The position numbers and the translations under genes were made by a program. Shown piece by piece: positions 11,348-21,357 of a stretch of DNA of 46,723 nt (the stretch's first letter is position 1; every line of letters begins with the position of its first letter). The notes beneath the pieces are model-generated. The model searched no databases, had not been told where the DNA came from, and was given only the letters and a program-made list of their open reading frames with translations. The stretch covers positions 1-46,723 of the forward strand of contig CAYZYX010000011.1 of NCBI GenBank assembly GCA_964482715.1. The letters run 5' to 3'. The DNA is from an uncultured Clostridia bacterium (lineage in GTDB: Bacteria > Aerophobota > Aerophobia > Aerophobales > B3-G15).

Positions 11348-11878
11348 TTGTTTCAGGCAACAACCATACTTGCCGTTAGAAGAGGAAAAAAAGTTGCTCT
11401 GGCTGGAGATGGGCAGGTTACTTTTCAGAATGTCATAATGAAACAAAGGGCTAACAAGGTTAGAAGGTTATACAAGGGAAATGTGCTGGCAGGATTTGCC
11501 GGAGGAGTTGCTGATGCACTTACCCTTTTTGAGAAATTTGAAAAGAAAATAGACCAGTACCAGGGGAACCTTTCCCGGGCAGCACTTGAACTTGCTAAAG
11601 AATGGCGACAGGATAAAATTTTGAGAAGACTTGAGGCTTTTATGATTGTTGCCGATAGGGAGAAAACGCTGGTTATTTCAGGAAGTGGTGATGTTGTTGA
11701 ACCAGACAAGGACGTAATTGCCATTGGTTCAGGAGCAGGTTACGCTCAGGCCGCTGCTCAGGCCTTGCTGGAGCATACAGACTATGATCCGGTGAAAATC
11801 GTAGATATCGCCATGCACATTGCTGCTTCTATATGTATCTACACCAACGATACTATAACTGTAGAAAAATTAGAGTAG
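11348..11878 (+). CDS. hslV: ATP-dependent protease subunit HslV
   Basis: TTILAVR, AGDGQVT, GFAG and AIGSG. Confidence 0.96.
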   Translation: MFQATTILAVRRGKKVALAGDGQVTFQNVIMKQRANKVRRLYKGNVLAGFAGGVADALTLFEKFEKKIDQYQGNLSRAALELAKEWRQDKILRRLEAFMIVADREKTLVISGSGDVVEPDKDVIAIGSGAGYAQAAAQALLEHTDYDPVKIVDIAMHIAASICIYTNDTITVEKLE

Positions 11879-11888
11879 GGGGAAATTT

Positions 11889-13250
11889 ATGAGTGAATAT
11901 CCAAAAGACAGACACCTGACTCCCGCAGCTATTGTGGAGGAGTTAAATAAATACATCATAGGTCAGGAAAAAGCTAAAAGAGCAGTAGCTATAGCTCTGC
12001 GTAATAGGTGGCGAAGACAGAAACTGCCTCCTCAGCTCAGGGATGAGATAGCACCTAAAAACATCATCATGATTGGTCCCACAGGTGTGGGAAAGACTGA
12101 AATTGCCAGGAGACTGGCTCAACTGGCTGAAGCTCCTTTCTTAAAAGTTGAGGCCAGCAAATATACCGAAGTTGGTTATGTGGGAAGAGATGTTGAGTCG
12201 ATGGTTCGTGATCTGGTTAACATATCGGTTAGTATGGTGAGACAGGAGATGATGCAGAAAGTAAAGGTTAAAGCCGAAGAGCTGGTTGAGGAGAGAATTC
12301 TGGATATTCTCCTGCCTCTTCCTCAGAAAGTTTCCACTCCGGGACAGGAGGATGAAGAAAGAGTTAAAAGGGCAAAGCTAACCCGGGAGATTTTGAGAGA
12401 GAGACTACGGAAAGGAGAACTTGAAGACAGGTTAATTGAAATTAAATCGATTGAGAAGTTTACTCCTGTTATTGAAGTCTTCAGTCCTGTAGGTGTGGAA
12501 CAGATGGGGATGAGTTTCCAGGATATTCTGGGAGATATTCTACCCAAAAGACCGAAACATAAAAAGGTTACTGTTAAAGAAGCGAGAAAGATATTGCTGG
12601 AAGAGGAAATGCGGAAGCTGATTGACAAGGACAAGGTGATAGAAGAGGCAATTTCAAGAGCAGAGAATTCGGGGATAATATTTATAGATGAAATTGACAA
12701 GATAGCTGATGGTGCAGATAACAGGGCTGATGTTTCCCGTGAAGGAGTCCAGAGAGATCTTCTTCCCATCGTGGAGGGAACAACTGTGGTCACACGTTAC
12801 GGAACAGTAAAAACAGATCACATCCTTTTTATTGCTGCAGGTGCTTTTCACGGAACCTCTCCTTCAGACCTCATTCCTGAACTCCAGGGAAGATTTCCCA
12901 TTAGGGTTGAACTTGATCGCCTCACACAAAAAGATTTTGAGCGAATACTTACCGAGCCGGATAACGCTCTTATCAAACAGTATCAAGCCCTCTTAGAAAC
13001 AGAAGGTGTTAAATTGGAATTTGCCCCTGAGGCCATAAGGGAAATTGCCACTCTTGCCTTTTTGGTCAATGAGAGAACGGAGGATATAGGTGCTCGCAGA
13101 CTCTATACCGTTATGGAAAAACTGCTGGAAGAAGTATCCTTTCATGCTTCGGAGCTTGAAGGTCAAAAAATCACAATCACCGCCAAATATGTACAGGAGA
13201 AATTAGGTGATATAGTTAAAAGTGAAGATATTTCCAAATACATACTTTAG
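11889..13250 (+). CDS. hslU: ATP-dependent protease ATPase subunit HslU
   Basis: [41 protein letters not shown] and C-terminal YIL. Confidence 0.97.
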   Translation: MSEYPKDRHLTPAAIVEELNKYIIGQEKAKRAVAIALRNRWRRQKLPPQLRDEIAPKNIIMIGPTGVGKTEIARRLAQLAEAPFLKVEASKYTEVGYVGRDVESMVRDLVNISVSMVRQEMMQKVKVKAEELVEERILDILLPLPQKVSTPGQEDEERVKRAKLTREILRERLRKGELEDRLIEIKSIEKFTPVIEVFSPVGVEQMGMSFQDILGDILPKRPKHKKVTVKEARKILLEEEMRKLIDKDKVIEEAISRAENSGIIFIDEIDKIADGADNRADVSREGVQRDLLPIVEGTTVVTRYGTVKTDHILFIAAGAFHGTSPSDLIPELQGRFPIRVELDRLTQKDFERILTEPDNALIKQYQALLETEGVKLEFAPEAIREIATLAFLVNERTEDIGARRLYTVMEKLLEEVSFHASELEGQKITITAKYVQEKLGDIVKSEDISKYIL

Positions 13251-13259
13251 TTTTTATAA

Positions 13260-14309
13260 ATGAACAGGATATACCGTATAATTGATGTCAATTTAAACCG
13301 GGCAGCAGAAGGTTTAAGAGTGATTGAAGAAACAGTAAGATTCATACTGGATGATAAGAATCTGACTTTAAAACTCAAAAACCTTCGTCATTCCATCTTA
13401 AATCAGCTAAACTTACTTCCGCAAAAAAATGAACTGATTTTTTCCAGATTCTCGGAGAAAGATGTGGGTGCCAGATTAAAAGACGAGCCCCGAAAGTCAG
13501 TTGAAGATCTTCTAAATGCCAATTTTAGAAGGGTTCAGGAGGCAGAAAGAGCTCTGGAGGAATATGGAAAGCTAATTTCTTCTTTCTGGGGCGAGAGGTT
13601 TCGCGATCTTCGCTTTCAAACCTATCTTCTGGAAAAAGAGGTAAGATCAAAATGGAAAAAGAAAATTGACTACAGTCTTTATCTTATTACTCCATCTTCG
13701 CTCCCGGAGGAGGAGCTCCTCAGAAAGGTCCAGCAGGCTGTAGAGGCAGGAGCGTCCGTTGTTCAGCTGAGAGAAAAAGATATACCTGACCGGGAATTTT
13801 TGTCCCGGGCTTTAGTAATAAAAAAAATCCTCCCTCCTCATGTTGGTCTGATCATCAATGACCGGGTAGATATAGCCTTAGCCTGTGAGGCTCAAGGTGT
13901 ACATCTGGGGCAGGACGATCTTTCTGTTAATTTTGCTCGCAAATTGATGGGAGAGGGAAAAATTATAGGTAAATCTACTCATAGCCTCCAGCAGGCAGAA
14001 AAAGCCCAGGAAGAAGGGGCTGATTACATTGGGATAGGCCCTATATTTCCAACTTCTACAAAGAAACTTGTCTACTCCCCTCTTGGGCCTGAAATCATAT
14101 CCATGGTAAAGAAAAAGCTGGAGATCCCGGTGGTGGCCATTGGAGGCATTTCTGAAGCTAATATTCATCAGGTTTTGGCTGCAGGAGCCGACGGGATAGC
14201 TGTTATTTCTGCAGTTTTTTCCAGAGATGACGTTTACCAGGCAGTAAAATCTCTGCGAGAAAAAATGGATAGCTTTAAGAAAGATGTTGGTTCTCCTTAC
14301 CCGAAGTGA
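13260..14309 (+). CDS. thiE: Thiamine-phosphate synthase with N-terminal ThiD2-like helical domain
   Basis: N-terminal RIIDVNLNRAAEGLRVIEE; C-terminal QLREK, NDRVD, GVHLGQDD and AIGGI. Confidence 0.93.
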   Translation: MNRIYRIIDVNLNRAAEGLRVIEETVRFILDDKNLTLKLKNLRHSILNQLNLLPQKNELIFSRFSEKDVGARLKDEPRKSVEDLLNANFRRVQEAERALEEYGKLISSFWGERFRDLRFQTYLLEKEVRSKWKKKIDYSLYLITPSSLPEEELLRKVQQAVEAGASVVQLREKDIPDREFLSRALVIKKILPPHVGLIINDRVDIALACEAQGVHLGQDDLSVNFARKLMGEGKIIGKSTHSLQQAEKAQEEGADYIGIGPIFPTSTKKLVYSPLGPEIISMVKKKLEIPVVAIGGISEANIHQVLAAGADGIAVISAVFSRDDVYQAVKSLREKMDSFKKDVGSPYPK

Positions 14310-14751
14310 AAAGGAAACCCAGAATCTTGGTGCCAGGATAGGGAAGATTATTTTTGTTCCCTCCTGTATTGCCTTAATTGGCGAACTTGGTAGTGGTAAA
14401 ACAACTCTCACCAGAGGTATAGCAAGGGGGCTCGGAGTTGAAAGTACAGTTAAAAGCCCCAGTTTTGTTATTATAAATGAGTATCCAGGCCCTGTTCCTG
14501 TGTATCATTTTGACCTTTACAGAATTGATAATCCCGACCAGCTTGTTAAACTCGGATATGAGGAGTATTTTTATTCGCGCAGGGGAGTGGTAGTGGTGGA
14601 GTGGGCGGATAAGATTTTAGACTTTTTGCCTTCCCAGCATCTCAGGATCGAGATGAGGATAAAAAACCTCCACGAAAGGGAAATATTTTTTCTACCGGTG
14701 GGTAAAAGTTATTCAAAAGTTGTTGAAAAAATTAAGGGAGAAACAAGTTGA
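14284..14751 (+). CDS. tsaE: t6A biosynthesis ATPase TsaE
   Basis: GELGSGKTT, VKSPSF, HFDLYR and VEW. Confidence 0.95.
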   Translation: MLVLLTRSEKETQNLGARIGKIIFVPSCIALIGELGSGKTTLTRGIARGLGVESTVKSPSFVIINEYPGPVPVYHFDLYRIDNPDQLVKLGYEEYFYSRRGVVVVEWADKILDFLPSQHLRIEMRIKNLHEREIFFLPVGKSYSKVVEKIKGETS

Positions 14752-15434
14752 TAATCCTGGGAATTGAAAGTGCTCTACCTCAAGGGATGGTTTTTTTGGG
14801 AGAAGATGAGAAAATTCTTTCAAGTCGAAGTTTTTCTTCTTTTTCTTCTTCGGTGCAGCTTATTCCGGGGATTGAGTCGGTTTTAAATGAGACAGGAATT
14901 TCCAGAGATAGGCTGGATCTCGTGGTTGTTAGCACCGGTCCTGGCTCCTTTACAGGTATAAGAATAGGCTTGAGTCTGGCCAAGACCTTGGCTTTTTGCC
15001 TGAATCTGGCTGTTGTTGGTGCTCCCACTCTTGATTGTATAGCTTTTTCTGTTCCTTTTTCGGGTTATATTTGTCCTCTAATAAAGGCTTATAGAAATAG
15101 TTTTTTTTCGGCTTTTTTTAAAAAAGAGAAGGAAAAAATTCAGAAAATAAGTAACTACCTTTTTCTTTCTTTCGAGGAGATATCAAAAAGTGCTTCCCAT
15201 TTTTTACCTGACAAAAAGGTGACTTTTATTTTACCTCCCGGAGAAAGGGGAAATCTGATTAAGGAAGATGAGGACTTTTTTCTTATTGAAGATAAGGTTT
15301 CTATCCAGAAGGCTTTTCTTAAATGGGGTCTGATGCGTTTTTTTTCTAAAATGGTGGATGACCCTCTAACCCTTTCACCCATTTATGTTTCTGAACCTCT
15401 TATTGACAGGAGGGTTAAAAGGTGGAAGATTTAG
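14748..15434 (+). CDS. tsaB: t6A biosynthesis protein TsaB (divergent)
   Basis: ILGIES and GPGSFTGIRIG, located between tsaE and rimI. Confidence 0.9.
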   Translation: MIILGIESALPQGMVFLGEDEKILSSRSFSSFSSSVQLIPGIESVLNETGISRDRLDLVVVSTGPGSFTGIRIGLSLAKTLAFCLNLAVVGAPTLDCIAFSVPFSGYICPLIKAYRNSFFSAFFKKEKEKIQKISNYLFLSFEEISKSASHFLPDKKVTFILPPGERGNLIKEDEDFFLIEDKVSIQKAFLKWGLMRFFSKMVDDPLTLSPIYVSEPLIDRRVKRWKI

Positions 15435-15883
15435 CCGCGAGAGAAATTACCATACGTTGCATGAGAGAAGATGATATTGAAAAGGTGGAAGCGATAGAGA
15501 AGCTCTCCTTTCCCTCTCCATGGTCTTCTCAACTTTTCTATTTAGAGTTAAAGAAAAAAGATTTTGCTTATTACTGGGTTGTTGAGCTTGAGGGGGCAGT
15601 TGTAGGATATGGAGGTTACTGGAAAATTCAGGATGAGGCTCATCTTGTTACTTTTGCTATACATCCTTCCTATCGGAGAAGAGGGTTAGGAAAAACCCTC
15701 CTGGCTTACATATTAAAGGATGTTCGGCAAAAAGGAATAAAAAAAGTAACCCTGGAAGTAAGGAAAAGTAACATCCCTGCTCAGAACTTGTATGAAAAAT
15801 TTGGATTTAAAAAAATAGCCATCCGCCCTCATTACTATCATGACACGCAGGAGGATGCTTTTATTTACTGGAAAATTCTCTAA
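15422..15883 (+). CDS. rimI: Ribosomal protein S18 alanine N-acetyltransferase
   Basis: GNAT motifs RRRGLG, LEVRKSN, LYEKFGF and YY...EDA. Confidence 0.93.
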   Translation: MEDLAAREITIRCMREDDIEKVEAIEKLSFPSPWSSQLFYLELKKKDFAYYWVVELEGAVVGYGGYWKIQDEAHLVTFAIHPSYRRRGLGKTLLAYILKDVRQKGIKKVTLEVRKSNIPAQNLYEKFGFKKIAIRPHYYHDTQEDAFIYWKIL

Positions 15884-15884
15884 T

Positions 15885-17966
15885 TTACTTTTTTTCCTGC
15901 TGTTTTACTTTCCTCTGAGCTATGATTTTTTGAGCAATCTCGTCCGGAACTCTCTCATAATGGGAAAATTTTTGTGTGAAAGTACCTCTTCCCTGAGTTA
16001 TAGAACGCAAAGTTGTAGAATAGTTCCTTAACTCGGCCATGGGAACATGGGCTTTGATTCTTTCTCTTCCACCCAGAGGTTGAACCTCCAGTATTTTGCC
16101 CCGTCTGCTGCTTAAGTCCCCATTAACGTCTCCCAGATATTCACTGGGAACCTCAATTTCTATCTCCACTATGGGTTCCAGTAAAATGGGATTTGCGGCT
16201 TCCACCGCCTTTCTTAAGCCCATGGAAGCTGCTATCTGGAAGGCAATATCTGAGGAGTCAACTGAATGGTAGGAGCCGTCAAAGAGAGTGATCTCCATAT
16301 CTACCATGGGGTAAGAGGCAAGATTGCCTTTCTTCATAGCCTCTTTTACCCCCTTTTCCACTGATGGAATAAAACGGGCTGGAACCACTCCACCTCTAAT
16401 TTGATCGATAAATCTAAAACCTTCACCCCTTGGTAAAGGTTTAATCCGCAGCCAGACATCACCGTATTGACCTCTTCCTCCTGACTGTCTTTTGTATTTT
16501 CCCTGTGCTTCAGCAGTAGTAGTAATTGTCTCTCGATAGGGAATTTCAGGTTGCTCTGTTTCCACTTCTATGTTGAAATCTTTTTTTATCCGATCTATGG
16601 TCATTTCCAGATGGACTTCTCCCTGTCCGGAGAGAATTGTTTGGCCTGATTCCTTGTCAACCTCTACTTTTAACAGGGGATCCACCTTACTTAGACGGGC
16701 CAAAACAGCACTAAGTCTCTGCTCATCTTTTTCATCTTTTGGCTTGAGAGCAATAGAGGTATTGGTCTCGGGAAATTTCACCCTGGGCAAAACCATGGGA
16801 TTGTCCCGGGTGGCAAAAGTATCTCCAGTTTGAGCAGTCTTAAGTTTGGTAAGGACCCCTATATCTCCTGCCACAAGTTCGGGAGTTTCCTCTCTTTTGT
16901 TACCCCGCATCAGATATATCTGGCCTATTTTTTCCTCGTCATTCTTGTTAACATTATAAATATTACTGCCTGAAGCGAGTGTTCCCGAGAGAATCTTGAT
17001 AAAACTAACTTCACCCAGATGTGGTTCAGCCAGAGTGAAAAAGACCTGAGCGCAAAGTGGTTCCCGGGCCGAGATTTTTCTTTCCACCTGTTCATCTTCT
17101 TTACCGGGCAGATAGCCTTTTACCACTCCTCTGTCTTGAGGAGAGGGGAAAAACTTTACCAGAAAGTCCAGTAGTATATCTATACCAACACAATGAAGAG
17201 CGGATCCCATCAGGAGGGGAACAATATTGCCTTTGGTAATTCCTTCCTTTAGCCCCTGTTTCATTTCTTCGGAGGATAACTTTCCCTCTTCCAGATACTT
17301 CTCAATCAATTTATCACTGGTTTCAGCAGCTGCTTCCATTATCTTTTCTCTTAGCTCAGAAAGTGAAGATTCCAGCTGTTCAGGGATCTTTTCTTCTTTA
17401 ACCTTTCCCTCAGAGTAAACCTTTTCCTTCATTTCAACAAGATCTACTATGCCTTTTAGTTTTCCATCCTCAATCAGAGGGTAATTTAATAAGAGAGGAT
17501 CAAAACCTGTTTGCTCCTTGATTTTTTCGATCACTTCAGAAATCTCTACCTGTCCTGTTTCTATTTTGTTTAAGAAAACAAGATAAGAAAGTTTTTCATT
17601 TTGAGAATACTTTAAGCTTCTTCTGATTTCACTTCCCGATGTAGTGTCCATGGAACAAACCACCAGGGCGGTTTCAACTACAGGAAAGATGGTCAATGAT
17701 TTTCCAATTAAGTCAGCAAACCCCGGGGTGTCAATTATGTTTATTTTTCTGTTTTGCCAGAAGGTATAAGCAAGTGAAGGATTTACAGTAAATCCCCTCT
17801 CTTTTTCCTGCCGGTCATAATCACATACCGTATTCTTATCCCGAACATTTCCCATCTTATTTATTACACCTGTCAAATAAAGAATCGCCTCCAGTAATGT
17901 GGTTTTTCCCGCGCCTTGCTGTCCAATTAAAACTACATTTCTTATATCCTGTGTAGAAATGGGCAT
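15885..17966 (-). CDS. fusA2: Elongation factor G paralogue (EF-G2-like)
   Basis: Full five-domain EF-G (GQQGAGKT, DTPG, RQSGGRGQYG, DGSYHSVDSS) with a divergent G domain. It is outside the str operon. Confidence 0.85.
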   Translation of the reverse strand: MPISTQDIRNVVLIGQQGAGKTTLLEAILYLTGVINKMGNVRDKNTVCDYDRQEKERGFTVNPSLAYTFWQNRKINIIDTPGFADLIGKSLTIFPVVETALVVCSMDTTSGSEIRRSLKYSQNEKLSYLVFLNKIETGQVEISEVIEKIKEQTGFDPLLLNYPLIEDGKLKGIVDLVEMKEKVYSEGKVKEEKIPEQLESSLSELREKIMEAAAETSDKLIEKYLEEGKLSSEEMKQGLKEGITKGNIVPLLMGSALHCVGIDILLDFLVKFFPSPQDRGVVKGYLPGKEDEQVERKISAREPLCAQVFFTLAEPHLGEVSFIKILSGTLASGSNIYNVNKNDEEKIGQIYLMRGNKREETPELVAGDIGVLTKLKTAQTGDTFATRDNPMVLPRVKFPETNTSIALKPKDEKDEQRLSAVLARLSKVDPLLKVEVDKESGQTILSGQGEVHLEMTIDRIKKDFNIEVETEQPEIPYRETITTTAEAQGKYKRQSGGRGQYGDVWLRIKPLPRGEGFRFIDQIRGGVVPARFIPSVEKGVKEAMKKGNLASYPMVDMEITLFDGSYHSVDSSDIAFQIAASMGLRKAVEAANPILLEPIVEIEIEVPSEYLGDVNGDLSSRRGKILEVQPLGGRERIKAHVPMAELRNYSTTLRSITQGRGTFTQKFSHYERVPDEIAQKIIAQRKVKQQEKK

Positions 17967-17988
17967 AGTAACCTCCCTGTATGCTGAT

Positions 17989-19149
17989 TTAAATAATTTT
18001 TGCTCTGTAATTTACGATCTTTCTTCCCTGAGGGGGAATTTTAATATTATAGATTATTTTATCTTTGGCTTTCTCATAGGAAGGAGGTTCACTTTCCAGA
18101 ATTTCCCACCAGTCGTAGAAGTGCTCCACCACCTTAACATTTACCGGATATGAACGAAAGTTAGAGAGAACAATCTTGTATCCATATTCTCGGGCCACTT
18201 CCTTCTTGTAAACCCTCTTTTCCACCTCACTTAACTCAATTTCTCTGTAAAAAGTCTGGATTCTTTGAGCCTTTATCCCTCTTGCTGGCCCCAGGTAAAT
18301 TTGAATGATTTCACCTGGAAGAGTTTGGGTAAGTTCTCCTTCACCAAGATAGAGCTTCTCACCGTCAGGTAATTCCTGATAGATATAAAGGTGACCTCCT
18401 GGCAGAACAAAATTGGAAGAGGGTTTAAAAGGATTAAAGAAGGAAATTTCTTCCCTCACCACCTCCCCGTATTTTTGTCCATCTGCAAGATAAGTTTTTT
18501 CCAGTGGCAGTTTAAAAAGAGAAAATAGGGGAAAACTTTTTATCTGCTCCTCTTCTAAAGTGATGGGTCTTTTAAAGTAGAAAAAAAGTATATCTTTATA
18601 CGGCTTAATCCATACATTTTTTATATAATTGGCAATGGCTACTCTTTCTTCTTCCTCTTTTTCTTTAGTCTCTATTTGTCTGTAGTTGATCTTCTCAATA
18701 AAGGCAAGTTCGGTGTTCCACCAGTTAACCTTTCCTTTATTTTCTACATTAAGCAATCCATAGAGATTAAAATATTTTTCCTCCTTTTTTATTTCCATTC
18801 TGTAATTTATGGACCATTTTATTCCACGAGTTAAATAGGATAAGGTTAGTTCCCTCTGACCTTCTACTTCTGATTCTACCTTCCAGAATAAGATTGAAGG
18901 AAGCACAAATCTCTGTTCCAGGAAACTGCACCCTGATATATACGGGCACACAGACTCCAGAATAATTCCTTCATCCACTGGATGAAAATTTACTTCGTTT
19001 AGTCCTTTGTTTAGATAAACGACTCTTTTCTGTTGAACAAGAGCCAGGTTTTGATCCAGAAGAAAGATTTTCCCTTCCTCCGCCTGAGCAATAACCGTAC
19101 CAAGCAAAAAAAGGCTTAAAGAGATGAGCTTAAAAAAAGACCCTTTCAT
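17989..19149 (-). CDS. Exported DUF4139-like protein
   Basis: Signal peptide, LSYLTRGIKWSINY, LPGG...YQ..YLGE and a C-terminal VEHF..W..pattern. Confidence 0.65.
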   Translation of the reverse strand: MKGSFFKLISLSLFLLGTVIAQAEEGKIFLLDQNLALVQQKRVVYLNKGLNEVNFHPVDEGIILESVCPYISGCSFLEQRFVLPSILFWKVESEVEGQRELTLSYLTRGIKWSINYRMEIKKEEKYFNLYGLLNVENKGKVNWWNTELAFIEKINYRQIETKEKEEEERVAIANYIKNVWIKPYKDILFFYFKRPITLEEEQIKSFPLFSLFKLPLEKTYLADGQKYGEVVREEISFFNPFKPSSNFVLPGGHLYIYQELPDGEKLYLGEGELTQTLPGEIIQIYLGPARGIKAQRIQTFYREIELSEVEKRVYKKEVAREYGYKIVLSNFRSYPVNVKVVEHFYDWWEILESEPPSYEKAKDKIIYNIKIPPQGRKIVNYRAKII

Positions 19150-19173
19150 GAGACTTTATTATTGAAATAATAA

Positions 19174-20160
19174 TTACCACTGAATCACCATGGAAGCCCA
19201 GGTAAGGCCTCCTCCAAAGGAGGCAAGTAACACTTTGTCTCCTTTATTGATTTTCTTTTCTTCTATTGCTTGATCAAGAGCCACAGCAATGGAAGCTGCA
19301 GACATGTTTCCGCATTCATGCAGATTGATATAAACTTTTTCCATAGGAAGGTCGATTCTTTTGGTTACTGCTTGAATAATTCTAATATTGGCCTGATGGG
19401 GAATGAAAAAATCAAGATCACTGTAAGAGAGATTACCAAGTTCCAGAGCTTTATCCACAGCATGAACCATCACCTTTACAGCTCTTTTAAAAAGCTCGTT
19501 TCCTTTCATTTTCATATAATGCTGACGCTGTTTAACTGTTTCCAGACTTGCAGGCATTCTGGAACCTCCAGCAGGCACTCCTACAAGGTTAGCTCCACCA
19601 CCATCGGCACCGAGATAGGTGGAGATTATTCCACTTTGATCATCAGAGAGTTGCAAAATAGCGGCCCCTGCTCCGTCAGCAAATATCACGCATGTGTTTC
19701 GATCTTGCCAGTCTATTATTTTAGAGAGAGTCTCGGAGGCAACAACAAGAATGGTTTTGTAGATGCCTGTTTTTATAAACTGACTGGCAACGGAGATTCC
19801 ATAGAGAAAACCCGAACAGGCAGCCTCCAGATCAAAAGCTGGAATATCTGTTACTCCCAGTTTATGTTGGAGGATGCAAGCTGTTGCCGGGAAGAGCATA
19901 TCTGGTGTGATTGTGGCGACGATAATCATATCAAGCTCTTGAGGAGAAATTCCTTTTTTATTAAGAGCCTTAATTGAAGCCTGATAAGCTAAATCTGAAG
20001 CTGCTTCGTTCTCTCTGGCGATATGTCTTCTCCTTATTCCTGTCCGTGTTGATATCCATTCATCCGAAGTATCCACCATCTTTTCCAGATCTTCGTTAGT
20101 TAAGACCTTTTCCGGAATATAAGATCCGGTGCTTACTATTTTAACTCTTCTTTCACTCAT
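19174..20160 (-). CDS. fabH: 3-oxoacyl-ACP synthase III
   Basis: DTSDEWI..RTGI, AACSGF, PHQANIRI, GNMSAAS and FGGGLTW. Confidence 0.97.
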   Translation of the reverse strand: MSERRVKIVSTGSYIPEKVLTNEDLEKMVDTSDEWISTRTGIRRRHIARENEAASDLAYQASIKALNKKGISPQELDMIIVATITPDMLFPATACILQHKLGVTDIPAFDLEAACSGFLYGISVASQFIKTGIYKTILVVASETLSKIIDWQDRNTCVIFADGAGAAILQLSDDQSGIISTYLGADGGGANLVGVPAGGSRMPASLETVKQRQHYMKMKGNELFKRAVKVMVHAVDKALELGNLSYSDLDFFIPHQANIRIIQAVTKRIDLPMEKVYINLHECGNMSAASIAVALDQAIEEKKINKGDKVLLASFGGGLTWASMVIQW

Positions 20161-21166
20161 CACCTATCCCCTGACTTGCTCTTTTTAGGATAGATTCAAT
20201 GCTCTGATTTATTTTTGCCCGGGAGAATCGATAGCTTGCCAGTATGGCGTTTTTTATAGCCTTGCTGGAAGAAGCCCCGTGAGCGATAATACATATTCCC
20301 TTAACGCCCAGCAGTGGAACTCCTCCATATTCGGCATAATCAAGGTTCAAACCTACTTTTTTTAACCAGTAACTGGAAAAAATAGCTCCCAGACCCAGAA
20401 AGGACTTTTTCAGTTCCTTGCTCATTATGTTTAAAGCAGTAAGAGCGAATCCTTCAGCAAATTTTAAGATCACATTACCTACAAAGCCATCGCATACCAC
20501 TACATCAACCTGACCACTGGTTATGTCCTTCCCTTCTACGTTGCCAGCAAAATTCAAAGAGGAATTTTTCAGCAATTTGAATGTTTCTATTATCTGGTCA
20601 TTTCCCTTGTTTTCCTCCGAGCCTATGTTTAAAAGAGCAACTTTAGGATTTTCAATTTTCAACACACTTCTGGCAAATACGCTGCCCAAAATGGCAAATT
20701 GAAATAAATGACTTGGCTTACAATCAACGTTAGCTCCCACGTCAACTAAAATTACCTCTTTTCCGTTAAAAGTAGGAAATGTAGCTGCAAGACATGGCCG
20801 AATAACCCCTTTGAGTTTACCCAGTTTAACCAGGCTGGTGGCCATAACGGCTCCAGTATTACCAGCACTCACAAATGCTTCTGTTTTGCCTTCTTTGACC
20901 ATTTCCAGCCCAACAGCAATAGAGGAATCTTTCTTTTCCTTTAGAGGTGCTGTTGCCGGATCTGTCATGGTCACAACCTGAGAAGCATGAACTATGGAAA
21001 AAAAATCTTTTGCCAGTTCCTTTTTTGCCAGTTCGTGAGCTATCCTTTTTTCATCACCAACCAGGGTGATCTTGATTTCAGGATTTTCCCGAAAAGCAGC
21101 AAGAGAGCCCTCAATTACCGTTCCAATACCTTTTTCAGCTCCCATTGCATCAACTGCTATTTTCAT
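20153..21166 (-). CDS. plsX: Phosphate acyltransferase PlsX
   Basis: IAVDAMG, SAGNTGA, DVGANVD, CDGFVGNVILK and HGAS. Confidence 0.97.
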   Translation of the reverse strand: MKIAVDAMGAEKGIGTVIEGSLAAFRENPEIKITLVGDEKRIAHELAKKELAKDFFSIVHASQVVTMTDPATAPLKEKKDSSIAVGLEMVKEGKTEAFVSAGNTGAVMATSLVKLGKLKGVIRPCLAATFPTFNGKEVILVDVGANVDCKPSHLFQFAILGSVFARSVLKIENPKVALLNIGSEENKGNDQIIETFKLLKNSSLNFAGNVEGKDITSGQVDVVVCDGFVGNVILKFAEGFALTALNIMSKELKKSFLGLGAIFSSYWLKKVGLNLDYAEYGGVPLLGVKGICIIAHGASSSKAIKNAILASYRFSRAKINQSIESILKRASQGIGDE

Positions 21167-21357
21167 TTCTCCTTTTGTTTCTCCTTTTTCTTCACTACTA
21201 TTTCTCCTTTATAGTAGCCACATTCCGGACAGGCAAAAAAAGGTAATTTTGCAGATTGACATTGAGGACAAAAAACAATCGTTGGTGGTTTTAACTTTTG
21301 ATGAGCCTGTCTGTTCTTTTTTCTGGATCTGGTTACTTTCTTTTTGGGAACACCCAT
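21163..21357 (-). CDS. rpmF: 50S ribosomal protein L32 (zinc-ribbon form)
   Basis: MGVPKKK, CPQC...CPECGYY, upstream of plsX. Confidence 0.95.
   Translation of the reverse strand: MGVPKKKVTRSRKKNRQAHQKLKPPTIVFCPQCQSAKLPFFACPECGYYKGEIVVKKKEKQKEK

Noticed and set aside
15885-17966. Tetracycline ribosomal protection protein
   Set aside because: The length and domain IV motifs (RQSGGRGQYG, YHSVDSS) are EF-G type.
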